Part shown: in pieces, positions 39,242 through 49,076 of the stretch
Position numbering within the stretch: position 1 is the stretch's first letter
Layout: each line of letters starts with the position of its first letter
Source of the DNA: Oceanispirochaeta sp.
GTDB lineage: Bacteria > Spirochaetota > Spirochaetia > DSM-2461
Direction: 5' to 3'
Assembly (NCBI GenBank): GCA_963663385.2
Contig: CAXXXD010000002.1
Location: forward strand, 832,001-896,000
DNA: 64,000 nucleotides
Made by a program: the position numbers and the translations under genes
The notes under the pieces: model-generated
What the model was told of the DNA's origin: nothing
The model's database searches: none
The model's input: only the letters and a program-made list of their open reading frames with translations

Positions 39242-40057
39242 ATGAAATATGCAATGTGTCTGTCCACCAATCCGTCCAGGTTTGATGCTGTGCCGTTTAA
39301 AGGGGATTTTGAAGTCAATGTAAATAAAATAGCTGAGCTTGGGTTCGACGGAATTGAGCTGGCGATACGGGACCCTGAGATAATCGATCAGGAAAATATT
39401 CTCCGAATCCTTAAAGATGCAGGAATGGGAGTACCCGCTATCGGGACAGGTCAGGCCTGGGGAGAAGAAGGACTTTCTTTCACTGATCCCATGTCCGCGA
39501 CAAGAGAAAAAGCCATTATAAGGGCTATTTCACATATTGATTTTGCATCAAAAACAGGCGGAATAATCATCATCGGTCTATTAAGGGGAACGCTGCAATC
39601 AATTGTTGCCCGGGATATGGCTGAATTCTGGATGAAAGAAGCCTTTACGGTTTGTTGTAAAGCTGCAGAAAAGAAGGGTGTAAAAATTGCATTTGAACCT
39701 ATCAACAGGTTTGAAACATCCCTTCTGAACTCTGTAGAGGATGGATTGAGATTTATTGAAAGTGTGGGAGCTGACAATCTGGGGATGCTTCTGGATACCT
39801 TTCATATGAATATCGAAGAGCCGTCCATCGAAGAGAGCATTAAATTGGCAGGAGATCGTATGTTTCACTTCCATTATGCCGATTCCAACAGGCTGTATCC
39901 CGGTGGAGGACACATTGATTTTAAATCAATTTTGAAAACAGTTTCCGATACAGGCTACACGGGTTTCCTGTCCGGAGAACATAGACCCGATCCCGAACCT
40001 GCTGTTGCAGCAAAGAAGGGACTCGAATTTCTAAAGCAAATCGAGAAAGAAATTTAG
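39242..40057 (+). CDS. iolO: 5-keto-L-gluconate epimerase
   Basis: FKGD, ELAIRDP, AIGTGQA, IIGLLRG, EPINRFE, DTFHMNIEE, HYADSNR; closely resembles Thermotoga IolO as I recall it. Confidence 0.85.
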   Translation: MKYAMCLSTNPSRFDAVPFKGDFEVNVNKIAELGFDGIELAIRDPEIIDQENILRILKDAGMGVPAIGTGQAWGEEGLSFTDPMSATREKAIIRAISHIDFASKTGGIIIIGLLRGTLQSIVARDMAEFWMKEAFTVCCKAAEKKGVKIAFEPINRFETSLLNSVEDGLRFIESVGADNLGMLLDTFHMNIEEPSIEESIKLAGDRMFHFHYADSNRLYPGGGHIDFKSILKTVSDTGYTGFLSGEHRPDPEPAVAAKKGLEFLKQIEKEI

Positions 40058-40071
40058 TAGGAGTTAAAATA

Positions 40072-41130
40072 ATGAAAGCAAAAATCGCATTTCTGTATGG
40101 ACCCAAGGATTTAAGAGTAGAAGAAGTAGAAGTTCCGGCACTGAAACCTAATCAGGTTTTGATAAAAACAGGTGCCTGTGGAATCTGTGGTTCTGATGTT
40201 GAATGTTACGAAGGTGAATCTGCGGAAGGCCGTTATGATCTGGGTCCCTATACACCAGGTCACGAATGGGGCGGCCAGATTGTGGATGTCGGATCCAGTC
40301 TCAGAAGTACTCTGAAAATCGGTGATAAAGTTACTGGTGACTGTGTTATGGGGTGCGGAGTATGCGCCAACTGTAAAGACGGAAGAATGCCTTCAGCCTG
40401 TCTTAACTTCAGAGAAATCGGATTTCGTCCTGATTCTCCCGGTGGAATGGGTGAATACATGGTTGTGGAAGAAGAGTATGTTCACAAGATTCCAGATCAC
40501 TGGACATATGCAGACGGTGCCTGGGTAGAAACCTTCTCCATCGGATACTACGGTATCTGGGGCGGTGGCGGATATATTGACGCCAGTGATACAGCCATAA
40601 TCCTTGGGGCCGGACCTGTTGGTCTGTCTGCTACCATGGTTGCCGCCACATCCGGTGCCAAAACCATCGTTATTGATCCTCTGACCAAAAGAAGGGAAAT
40701 GGCCAAAAAATATGGTGCGGAAATTGTGCTGGATCCCAGTGCCGGTAATATTGAAGAGCTGGTTATGGACGTAACAAACGGACACGGAGGAGATGTTTGT
40801 GTAGAAGCCTCCGGTAATGATAATGCCATTGCTTCCCTGTTTGATATCTCTGCCCATAGTGGAAGAGTTCGGGTTATCGGTCATTCTATTGGACGTAAAG
40901 TCCCAGTAGAAATTGGAAAAACCATCTGGAAAACCCTGAACATAGCCGGATCAGGCGGAACAAAAGATTTCGGTCAGAGAACCATCCGTTTTATGGACCG
41001 TATTTATGACAAGTATGACTTTGCCGCCCTGAACTCTCATCACTATAACTTTTCCGAGCTGGATAAAGCCATGGATGTTGCCATTCATGAAAAAGCCAAT
41101 GCCATGAAAGTTATGTTGAACTTTGACTGA
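40072..41130 (+). CDS. Zn-dependent medium-chain dehydrogenase (likely scyllo-inosose dehydrogenase role)
   Basis: CGICGSD, GHE, CxxCxxC structural Zn, GAGPVG. Confidence 0.8.
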   Translation: MKAKIAFLYGPKDLRVEEVEVPALKPNQVLIKTGACGICGSDVECYEGESAEGRYDLGPYTPGHEWGGQIVDVGSSLRSTLKIGDKVTGDCVMGCGVCANCKDGRMPSACLNFREIGFRPDSPGGMGEYMVVEEEYVHKIPDHWTYADGAWVETFSIGYYGIWGGGGYIDASDTAIILGAGPVGLSATMVAATSGAKTIVIDPLTKRREMAKKYGAEIVLDPSAGNIEELVMDVTNGHGGDVCVEASGNDNAIASLFDISAHSGRVRVIGHSIGRKVPVEIGKTIWKTLNIAGSGGTKDFGQRTIRFMDRIYDKYDFAALNSHHYNFSELDKAMDVAIHEKANAMKVMLNFD

Positions 41131-41152
41131 TTTTTGATTCTTGCACTATACG

Positions 41153-41212
41153 GTAGGGGCACTGCAAAAGTGATTTATTATACATGATTTCTACTTTTGC
41201 AGCGGCTTCTAC
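41153..41212. repeat. GTAG-type long intergenic hairpin
   Basis: GTAGGGGC-A-CTGCAAAAGT ... ACTTTTGCAG-CG-GCTTCTAC. Confidence 0.6.
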
Positions 41213-41245
41213 AAATCGTTTCTTTTTTTTAATACAGGAATTAAT

Positions 41246-42748
41246 ATGGAAAAGAGGGAAAATGTCCTGGAAATGCAGGGCATATCAAAATACTTCCCGG
41301 GTGTTAAGGCACTCGAGGATGTTGATTTTACTGTCAGAAAAGGGGAAATCCACGCATTAATTGGTGAAAATGGCGCCGGTAAATCAACACTGATGAAAGT
41401 ACTGCTGGGGATGTATCATCCCGATGAAGGGAACATTGTCTTTAAAGGAGAGAACGTCCGGATTAATAGTCCGCACGATGCCCTTTCAAAGGGAATCTCC
41501 ATGATTCATCAGGAACTGAGTCTTGTTCCTGAACGTACTGTCGCTGAAAACATACTGATAGGCCGGGAGCCGAAAAGCGTTATGCCCGGTTTTATGAGCT
41601 GGAAAAAATTGTTTGCCGATGCACAGGCTCTTCTTAAACAGTTGAATCTTGATTTTAATGCCACGGATTTTGTCAAAGATCTGAGTGTCGCCGGTCAGCA
41701 GATGATCGAAATCGCCAGGGCTGTCTCGTATAATGCCGAGCTGATTATAATGGACGAGCCTACATCGGCTCTTACGGATAAAGAGGTTGATATCCTTTTT
41801 CATATTATGGGAATGCTTAAATCACAGGGCATCTCTATTATCTTTATTTCCCATAAACTGGACGAAATTTTCCGGATTGCCGACAGAACCACTGTTCTGC
41901 GTGACGGCACTTTAATCGGAGTAAAGGATAACGAAAATTTTGATAAACCGGCTCTGATCTCCATGATGGTAGGCCGGGAACTGAACAATATTTTTCCCAA
42001 AGAAGAAGTTGACTTGGGAGAAGAGGTTCTGAGGGTGGAAAACTTCAGGATCGACGGTGTTTTCGAGGATATTTCCTTTGATCTGAAAAAAGGGGAAATT
42101 CTGGGATTTGCTGGTCTGATGGGATCCGGACGGACCGAAATCATGCGGGCTCTTTTCGGTGTCGACCACCTGGATGAAGGGGAAATCTACATAAAAGGCA
42201 GCAAGGTTGAAATCAGGCACCCCAAGGATGCCATCGGCTTTGGAATCGGAATGGTAACGGAAGACCGGAAGGAAGAAGGGCTCGCCCTGTTCCGTTCTGT
42301 AAAAGAGAATATCGCCATGGCCACCATGGGAGACTACTGCAAGTACGGTTTTATTCAAACCGGCAAGGAAGTTCAGACCGGTAATGAGTATAAAAAGATG
42401 CTTGCCATAAAGACTCCGCATTTGAATGTAAATACCAACTCATTGAGCGGTGGTAACCAGCAGAAAGTGGTTATAGCCAAATGGCTTAAAACCAATCCGG
42501 ATATTCTGATCCTTGATGAGCCGACCCGGGGTATCGATGTAGGGGCTAAATCTGAAATACACAAGCTGATGACCAGTTTTGTCAAACAGGGGATGTCCAT
42601 CATTATGATCTCTTCTGAAATGCCGGAAGTTCTGGGAATGAGCGACCGTATCGCTGTTATGCATGAGGGGCGGATTAGAGCCGTTCTTAACAGGGATGAA
42701 GCTACTCAGGAATCAATTATGAAACACGCCGTGGGGGAGAATGAGTAA
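41246..42748 (+). CDS. Sugar ABC transporter ATPase (RbsA/MglA type)
   Basis: GENGAGKST, DEPTSAL, LSGGNQQK, DEPTRGIDVGAK. Confidence 0.93.
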   Translation: MEKRENVLEMQGISKYFPGVKALEDVDFTVRKGEIHALIGENGAGKSTLMKVLLGMYHPDEGNIVFKGENVRINSPHDALSKGISMIHQELSLVPERTVAENILIGREPKSVMPGFMSWKKLFADAQALLKQLNLDFNATDFVKDLSVAGQQMIEIARAVSYNAELIIMDEPTSALTDKEVDILFHIMGMLKSQGISIIFISHKLDEIFRIADRTTVLRDGTLIGVKDNENFDKPALISMMVGRELNNIFPKEEVDLGEEVLRVENFRIDGVFEDISFDLKKGEILGFAGLMGSGRTEIMRALFGVDHLDEGEIYIKGSKVEIRHPKDAIGFGIGMVTEDRKEEGLALFRSVKENIAMATMGDYCKYGFIQTGKEVQTGNEYKKMLAIKTPHLNVNTNSLSGGNQQKVVIAKWLKTNPDILILDEPTRGIDVGAKSEIHKLMTSFVKQGMSIIMISSEMPEVLGMSDRIAVMHEGRIRAVLNRDEATQESIMKHAVGENE

Positions 42749-43716
42749 TGACGGAAAACAGCACTATGAAATTGAAAAAACAGGTTAACTATAAAGAGCT
42801 TCTTATGAAGTATAAGATGCTCCTGATTCTGCTGGCCATGATTATAGGGATGACCATGGCCAGTAATGTCTTTTTAAGCAGCCGGAATATTTTGAATATT
42901 ATGCGTCAGATATCCATTAACGCCATCATCGCCACAGGGATGACCTTCGTCATTATTACAGGCGGTATTGATCTGAGTGTGGGGTCCATACTGGCCGTGT
43001 CCAGTGTTGTATCCGCCTATCTTGTAAAGCATCTGGGTGTACCCATACCCATTGTCATGATTATTGGTATTGTGGCAGGAGGTTTGTGCGGGCTTACCAA
43101 CGGCCTTATTATCTCCCGCTTGAATGTTCCGCCCTTTATTTCCACCCTCGCTGTCATGACAGCGGGACGCGGATTGGCCTACAGAATTGCTGATGGAAGA
43201 CCAATTGTCGACCTGAGTGAAGAGTTCCTGAAGATCGGCAGGGGGAAGTTCCTGTCTATTCCAAATCCTATCTGGTATATGATTCTTATTCTGATTCTGG
43301 GATTTATTATTCTTCAAAAGACTAAATTCGGACGTTTTGTCTATTACATAGGGGATAACGAAGAGGCTGCCAGAGTTTCAGGTATCAGTGTAAAAAGCGT
43401 GAAAACCATTGTTTATACCCTGGCGGGATTATGTGCCGGATTTGGAGGCATAATCCTCTGCTCGAGAATTAACTCAGGTCAACCCCAGGCCGGTTTGACT
43501 TACGAACTGGATGCTATTGCGGCTGTTGTAATCGGCGGAACCAGTCTGTCCGGCGGTATCGGCTCCATCGGGGGAACCATTATCGGCGCTGTCATAATCG
43601 GAATTATCTATAACGGGATGAACCTGCTTAATGTATCACCTTTTAATCAGATGATCGCCATGGGAGTGGTTATTCTGGGAGCTGTCATTCTGGATATGCA
43701 TTCAACAAAAAAATAA
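42748..43716 (+). CDS. Sugar ABC permease (RbsC type)
   Basis: GGIDLSVGS, YELDAIAAVVIGGTSLSGG. Confidence 0.93.
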   Translation: MTENSTMKLKKQVNYKELLMKYKMLLILLAMIIGMTMASNVFLSSRNILNIMRQISINAIIATGMTFVIITGGIDLSVGSILAVSSVVSAYLVKHLGVPIPIVMIIGIVAGGLCGLTNGLIISRLNVPPFISTLAVMTAGRGLAYRIADGRPIVDLSEEFLKIGRGKFLSIPNPIWYMILILILGFIILQKTKFGRFVYYIGDNEEAARVSGISVKSVKTIVYTLAGLCAGFGGIILCSRINSGQPQAGLTYELDAIAAVVIGGTSLSGGIGSIGGTIIGAVIIGIIYNGMNLLNVSPFNQMIAMGVVILGAVILDMHSTKK

Positions 43717-43791
43717 AGTGAGGAGGAGTTTTTATTTAAAAAGACCGGATTCTTAAAAGCATTTTTTTTCAATACACTTAGGAGGATTTTT

Positions 43792-44733
43792 ATGAAAAAA
43801 ATGACATTTGTACTGTTTATGTTGGTTACTGCCTGTTCTTTTCTTATGGCTGAGGGTCAGAAAGAAGACGATGGTATTGTTACAATTGGTTTAAGTATGT
43901 CTGCTCATACACAGTTTCTGGAAAATGTAAGCGCAGCCGCCGTCAGACAGGCTGACAGAATGGATGATGTGGAAATCATTGTACTTAATGCCAACTCAGA
44001 TGTGGATAAACAGATTTCCGATGTGGATACCCTGATGGTTCAGCAGGTGGATGCGATCATCCTGAATCCACTGGACAAAATCGGTCTTGGCGGTGTGGTT
44101 GATGAAGTAATCAAAGCCGGAATTCCTCTGGTGGAAGTTAATACATTTACAGAAAACGACAGCTATAATGTTTATGTAGGGTCCAACGAAGAAGATGCCG
44201 GACGTATTCAGGGCGAATGGATTTTTGAAAATATCGGTGATAAGGGTAATGTCTGTATCCTCTACGGAGAGATGGGACATTCCGGTCAGATCGGAAGATT
44301 CGAAGGCTTGAAAAAAGAACTCCTGGACAAGAACCCCGGTTGGAGTATCCTGGCTGACCAGACAGGTGAATGGAAAAGAGATGAAGGTCTCAGGATTACA
44401 GAAGACTGGCTGCAGAGATTTGACAACATAGACGTAATTGCCGCTCAGAATGACGAAATGGCCATGGGAGCTCTTCAGGCTGTTCAGGAAGCCGGAATGG
44501 ATATCCCTGTGGTAGGTGTTGATGCCACTCCCGATGCGATCGAATCTGTTATCAAAGGTGAACTCTCCCTTACCGTTTTTCAGGATTCCGAAGGACAGGG
44601 TGCCTCTGCTGTAAAGGTTGCTTACGGTCTTGTAAACGGCGAATCCTTCAAGAAGTTTGAAGAAGTTCCTTATCAGGAAGTTAACCAGGCTAATGCAGCA
44701 GATTTCAAAAAAATGCTGGAATCCTGGAAATAA
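43792..44733 (+). CDS. Sugar ABC substrate-binding protein (probably inositol)
   Basis: Signal peptide + AEGQKE; NDEMAMGA, GVDATPDA, TVFQD. Confidence 0.88.
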   Translation: MKKMTFVLFMLVTACSFLMAEGQKEDDGIVTIGLSMSAHTQFLENVSAAAVRQADRMDDVEIIVLNANSDVDKQISDVDTLMVQQVDAIILNPLDKIGLGGVVDEVIKAGIPLVEVNTFTENDSYNVYVGSNEEDAGRIQGEWIFENIGDKGNVCILYGEMGHSGQIGRFEGLKKELLDKNPGWSILADQTGEWKRDEGLRITEDWLQRFDNIDVIAAQNDEMAMGALQAVQEAGMDIPVVGVDATPDAIESVIKGELSLTVFQDSEGQGASAVKVAYGLVNGESFKKFEEVPYQEVNQANAADFKKMLESWK

Positions 44734-44741
44734 ATAAAACT

Positions 44742-44770
44742 GGCAGCAGGCACTAATCAAGTCTGCTGCC
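44742..44770 (+). other. Intra-operon hairpin after the SBP gene (possible mRNA stabiliser)
   Basis: GGCAGCAGGC...GTCTGCTGCC with no U-tract. Confidence 0.5.
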
Positions 44771-44788
44771 TGAATAAAGGGTATCACA

Positions 44789-45808
44789 ATGAATAAAACA
44801 GTAAAAATAGGAATTATCGGTTTAGGACGTCTCGGTTATGAACATGCAAAAAACATCTATTATAATATCCCGTCCGCCGAATTGTACGCCGTATGCAGCG
44901 TGGTAGATAAAGAACTGGAAAGGGCAAAAACAGATTTTAATCCGCAGGTTATAACAAAAGATTATAACGAACTTTTCAGTATGAAAGAACTTGATGCCAT
45001 AGTTGTTGCGACCAATTCCGGTACTCACTGTGAGCTGGTTTGTGCGGCTGCCAACAGCGGGGTTAAAAATATTTATACTGAAAAACCAATTGGTATGTCG
45101 TTATACGAAATAAATCAGATGAAGGCTGCTGTAGAAGCTCATGATGATATCCTTCTGCAGGTTGGGTACAACCACAGGTTTGATAAGAACCTGATGGAAG
45201 CTCATAAAAAAGTCAGTGAAGGTTTTATCGGAAAACCTATTCTTATTCGTCTGGAATCACGGGATCAGGCCGGTATTGAAGAGTTTATAGTCAAGTTCAG
45301 CCCTTCAAGCGGCGGATTTATTGCGGACATGATGACCCATGACTATGATACAGCCCGCTGGTTTACCGGATCAGAAGCGGAAACTATCTACGGAGTAGGG
45401 GATGTTTATGCTTATGAAGGCCTGAAAGCCTGTAATGATATGGATAATACAGCCATTCTGATGAAATTCAAAAACGGTGTAATGGTTATGCTGACAGCCA
45501 GCCGTAACAGCGCTTACGGGTATCATGCACCCATGGAAATCTTCGGAACTGAGGGGGCAATAAAAATAGGTGATTACTCATACCAGAACAAAAATACCTT
45601 TATGAATAAAGAAGGCGTTATACGCAACTGCAGTGAATGGTTCTTTGAATACTGGCAGGACACCTACCTGGCAGAAATGGAAGACTTTGTCCGCTGCGTG
45701 AAAGAGGGCGGAACACCGAAGGTTACTCTCGATGACGGTTATAAAGCTGTTGAATGGGCTCTGCAGGCTGATGAAGCCGTCAGAGGCGGAAAGATTGTAA
45801 AGCTGTAG
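44789..45808 (+). CDS. iolG: Gfo/Idh/MocA oxidoreductase, inositol 2-dehydrogenase-like
   Basis: GIIGLGRLG, EKP, GYNHRFD, SGG..DM..HD.D. Confidence 0.78.
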   Translation: MNKTVKIGIIGLGRLGYEHAKNIYYNIPSAELYAVCSVVDKELERAKTDFNPQVITKDYNELFSMKELDAIVVATNSGTHCELVCAAANSGVKNIYTEKPIGMSLYEINQMKAAVEAHDDILLQVGYNHRFDKNLMEAHKKVSEGFIGKPILIRLESRDQAGIEEFIVKFSPSSGGFIADMMTHDYDTARWFTGSEAETIYGVGDVYAYEGLKACNDMDNTAILMKFKNGVMVMLTASRNSAYGYHAPMEIFGTEGAIKIGDYSYQNKNTFMNKEGVIRNCSEWFFEYWQDTYLAEMEDFVRCVKEGGTPKVTLDDGYKAVEWALQADEAVRGGKIVKL

Positions 45809-45819
45809 GGTGAACTGAA

Positions 45820-47325
45820 ATGAAACACTCCAGAGAACTGTTGAATATTGTTCTGAACCTTCCCCGTAAAGCACAGGATATCCGGTACGAGGGGCGACAA
45901 TCTCAGATTTATGAATTGTATGAACACTCCTTCAGGATTACAGATGGCGTACTGTTTTATGCTGTAAGGTTTCAATGGAAGGACTACCTTATTTTATCAT
46001 CAGACAGAGTCATTCCCTGGGAATTCGATGGTGTCGGCCGGGAATCCCCGGGGCAGGCCTGCCTGGTTTGTGAAGAGACCGGTTGGAACTGCAACCTCCT
46101 GATTGAAATATTTCCTGACCTTGAGCCTTCCCCCATTGGAAAACGCCGATCAACATTCGGTGTAGGGGACCGGTTGGGTACAGCATCAGTAGGGCATTTG
46201 AGTGCTTTTTCCTGTTATCCAGGATTTGTACCGATTCTGGCCCAGCAGTCCCTGAGGGAACTGGAGCTGACCGGACGAACTTACCGGGATGTCATTGATG
46301 CGGCTGTCTGGGGTGTTTTCAAGACAGGATACAGGGGACCCTGGGGGGCTGATGGGGATCACCTGAAAAATATCGAGTCCGTGCAATCCGCCCTGAAGCA
46401 GGGCTGCACCATGATAACAGCCGATCTGTCTGATTATATGAGAACGGATGTGGATCTGCTGAGTGATGATCAGATACTATGTGAATACGGTAAAATTGAT
46501 GATTCCTATAGAAAACAGGTAGAAGCCGATTACCTGCCCGTCTCTTCTCTGGAATCTTCCCTTCCTCTCAATTTTACAGAAAAAGGTTTGGCAAAACTAG
46601 TTCTGATATACAAAAATGCCATAGATTTCGCCGTCACTCTATATGAGGCAGGCAGGGAAATCCTCAGGGATTTTGATTTTGAAATCTCCATTGATGAAAC
46701 AACTGTTGCTACCTCCATCGAGGCTCACTATTTTATAGCAAAGGAACTGCAGAATAGAAAAATCCCTTTTACAGGAGTCGCCCCCCGTTATGTGGGAGAG
46801 TTTCAGAAAGGAATTGATTATATGGGTGATCTTGAAGCTTTTTCAGATCACTTTGCCCAGCATGCGGAGCTCGCCTCCCGGATGGGGCATAAAATATCGG
46901 TCCATTCTTCAAGTGACAAGTTTTCTGCTTATCCGATTATCAAGCAGCAGAAGCAGGGGGCCTGTCATCTGAAAACATCAGGAACAAACTGGCTAGTGGC
47001 CCTGCAGGTTATTGCCTGCGCCGATCCGGATCTGTTCCGCCGTCTGTTCAATAAGGCGTATGATGTATATGAAACAGCAAAAACGTATTACCATATTACT
47101 CCGGACTGGTCCATCCGCAGCAATATGGATTCTCTTTCCGATGTGGATATGGTGTCTGTGTTTAAAAATAATACGGACAGACAGGTAATGCATGTATCCT
47201 ACGGCGAAATGAAAAAAGATTCAGACTTATGGAACAGTCTCCAGTCAGTACTGGAAAGGAATCTGCCTCTATACCACCTGATGCTGGAGCAGCATATCGG
47301 GCGGCATCTGGATCTGCTTAGTTAA
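45820..47325 (+). CDS. uxaE: Tagaturonate/fructuronate epimerase
   Basis: FGVGDRLG, AQQSLREL, GADGDHLK, EISIDET, GEFQKGIDY, HLKTSGT. Confidence 0.88.
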   Translation: MKHSRELLNIVLNLPRKAQDIRYEGRQSQIYELYEHSFRITDGVLFYAVRFQWKDYLILSSDRVIPWEFDGVGRESPGQACLVCEETGWNCNLLIEIFPDLEPSPIGKRRSTFGVGDRLGTASVGHLSAFSCYPGFVPILAQQSLRELELTGRTYRDVIDAAVWGVFKTGYRGPWGADGDHLKNIESVQSALKQGCTMITADLSDYMRTDVDLLSDDQILCEYGKIDDSYRKQVEADYLPVSSLESSLPLNFTEKGLAKLVLIYKNAIDFAVTLYEAGREILRDFDFEISIDETTVATSIEAHYFIAKELQNRKIPFTGVAPRYVGEFQKGIDYMGDLEAFSDHFAQHAELASRMGHKISVHSSSDKFSAYPIIKQQKQGACHLKTSGTNWLVALQVIACADPDLFRRLFNKAYDVYETAKTYYHITPDWSIRSNMDSLSDVDMVSVFKNNTDRQVMHVSYGEMKKDSDLWNSLQSVLERNLPLYHLMLEQHIGRHLDLLS

Positions 47326-47396
47326 TACAGTTTTTTTAGATATGGCCGGGTCCCTCCAATTCCCCATATTCTCCCGGTCGTATCATTTTATTAATT

Positions 47397-47427
47397 AAAA
47401 AAGGGCTGCTCCCTTATGGAACAGCCC
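47397..47427 (-). terminator. Intrinsic terminator of the FMN-binding gene
   Basis: A6 then GGGCTG...CAGCCC on + (hairpin + U-tract on -). Confidence 0.6.
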
Positions 47428-47462
47428 CAATTCTTCTTATGTCTGATTATATCTGAAACAGA

Positions 47463-48248
47463 TTATCTTTTCGCGCCGGCCAATGCTTTATTCAGCAGGG
47501 TAAAGAAAGGATCCAGACCGATGGACGCGCCGGAAATGGCATCGGGCTGAACTGCACTCTGGGAGCTGAGAACCCTGTCTTCCACCGCACGGGCCTGTTC
47601 CCACCAGGGGGCCATGGCGCCGCCGTTTGCAACCATACCGTACTCACCGTCCATGGATCTCTGTGCCTTGCTTTTTCCACCGTCTTCGGCCAGACCATCC
47701 CAGTTGACTGCAACGATATAACCGGAAGTCACTGTTACATCAACAGCGTATTTGTAGCCGTGGTCAAAGGCGGCTTCTTCCGCATGATAGGTTCCGTCCT
47801 TGTAGGGGCCGTAACCGACTGGACCGGCTGCGAGAGCTTTTTTCACAAGGTCGACGAAGGGGAGGACCTTGATTGTCGCTCCCGAAACAGCATCGGTGTG
47901 TCCATCGGAATCGCTAATGGTTATAGCCGAAATATCCTGTTTTTTTATCAGTTCCTTTTCTACAGCCTCTGCCTGTTTCCACCAGGGCGCCATGGCTCCG
48001 CCTTTGGCTTCCATGCCGTACTGACCGTTGCGGGAAAGAGTCTCTTTTGTGTGACCGGCATTAATATTGGAGCCGTTCCATGACACATCTTTTATTTTAC
48101 CGTTTTTCACAACAATTGTGACATTATATTTCCAGCCTGATTTGGGAAACTGATCTTCCTGAGCAAAGTACACCCCATCCCGGTAGGAAGCGGCAGATAC
48201 TGAAAAAGCCATTATCATCATGGCAAAAAGCAATACAGTTTTTTTCAT
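47463..48248 (-). CDS. Exported protein with two FMN-binding domains (PplA-like)
   Basis: Signal peptide; duplicated YxDGxY...GGAMAPWWxQAxAVE units; DAVSGAT and DAISGAS flavinylation motifs. Confidence 0.85.
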   Translation of the reverse strand: MKKTVLLFAMMIMAFSVSAASYRDGVYFAQEDQFPKSGWKYNVTIVVKNGKIKDVSWNGSNINAGHTKETLSRNGQYGMEAKGGAMAPWWKQAEAVEKELIKKQDISAITISDSDGHTDAVSGATIKVLPFVDLVKKALAAGPVGYGPYKDGTYHAEEAAFDHGYKYAVDVTVTSGYIVAVNWDGLAEDGGKSKAQRSMDGEYGMVANGGAMAPWWEQARAVEDRVLSSQSAVQPDAISGASIGLDPFFTLLNKALAGAKR

Positions 48249-48383
48249 TGATTCTCTCCTCTCCTATTAATTCTTAGTACATGAAGTCCGTTCATGTCAA
48301 AATTAAATAAATAAATAATACTATATCTGTAATATATAATGGCCTAATCAAATGATCAATAAAAATATATGGATTGCTGTAAA

Positions 48384-49076
48384 TCATTTTCTTTCGGGCT
48401 GCTGTAGTATCCCGTTCAGGAACTCCAGCTCGAAGGCTACACTTCTCCGGAATGCTGTGGACATCTTCTTCTGCATCCGGATTTCTGAACGGTTAGCCAG
48501 AGTTTCGACCAACCGGATAAACCGGTTCGTATAGGAACGGAATATTTCTCCGGCATAAGCGTCCATCCAGTCCTGATAGGGATTTCCTTGAGTACTCAGT
48601 CTGAGGGTCTCCAGTCCCGCCTGCAGGTAGACCCAGTAACAGGGCAGAAGGGCCGCCGCAGACTCTTCGTAACTATTCTTTCGGGCGGTCTGAACCAGAA
48701 AACTACCATACTCCCTGCAGGCCCTGTTGGGGGGAATCCTTTCTGAGGCTGTTTTTTCCCTGCCAAGCTGTTTGAGAAGATCCGTTTCGAACTCGATGCC
48801 TTTGGTCGCCAGTTCATGAAAAAAGGATTTTTCACCGGGGGAGGGCGCTTTTTCCGCCGTAAGGGCCAGAGCTCTGGCATCCTCTTTAAGGTAGTGTGTA
48901 TCCTGTTCCAGATAGCAGATAAAAGCACGGCGGGAGAGTGACCCCTCTGCCATCTGCCTGTGAAAGGGGTGATGAACAATTCCTGAATATATGTCTTCAC
49001 ACTCTTTCATCAGGGAAGCCGTATAGGAGCCGCAGGGGGGAATATCCGTATTTTCCATTTTATTTCCTATCGCCAT
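48384..49076 (-). CDS. tenA: TenA/thiaminase II family protein
   Basis: HPF...GSL...F..YL.QD, ALLPCYWVY, NPYQDW..Y. Start may be 49058. Confidence 0.85.
   Translation of the reverse strand: MAIGNKMENTDIPPCGSYTASLMKECEDIYSGIVHHPFHRQMAEGSLSRRAFICYLEQDTHYLKEDARALALTAEKAPSPGEKSFFHELATKGIEFETDLLKQLGREKTASERIPPNRACREYGSFLVQTARKNSYEESAAALLPCYWVYLQAGLETLRLSTQGNPYQDWMDAYAGEIFRSYTNRFIRLVETLANRSEIRMQKKMSTAFRRSVAFELEFLNGILQQPERK

Noticed and set aside
36940..47400. Tn7-like insertion at attTn7 downstream of glmS carrying the AT-richer iol cluster
   Set aside because: No tns genes, no convincing TGT...ACA ends with repeated TnsB sites, and no target duplication seen. Only the position and composition shift are suggestive.
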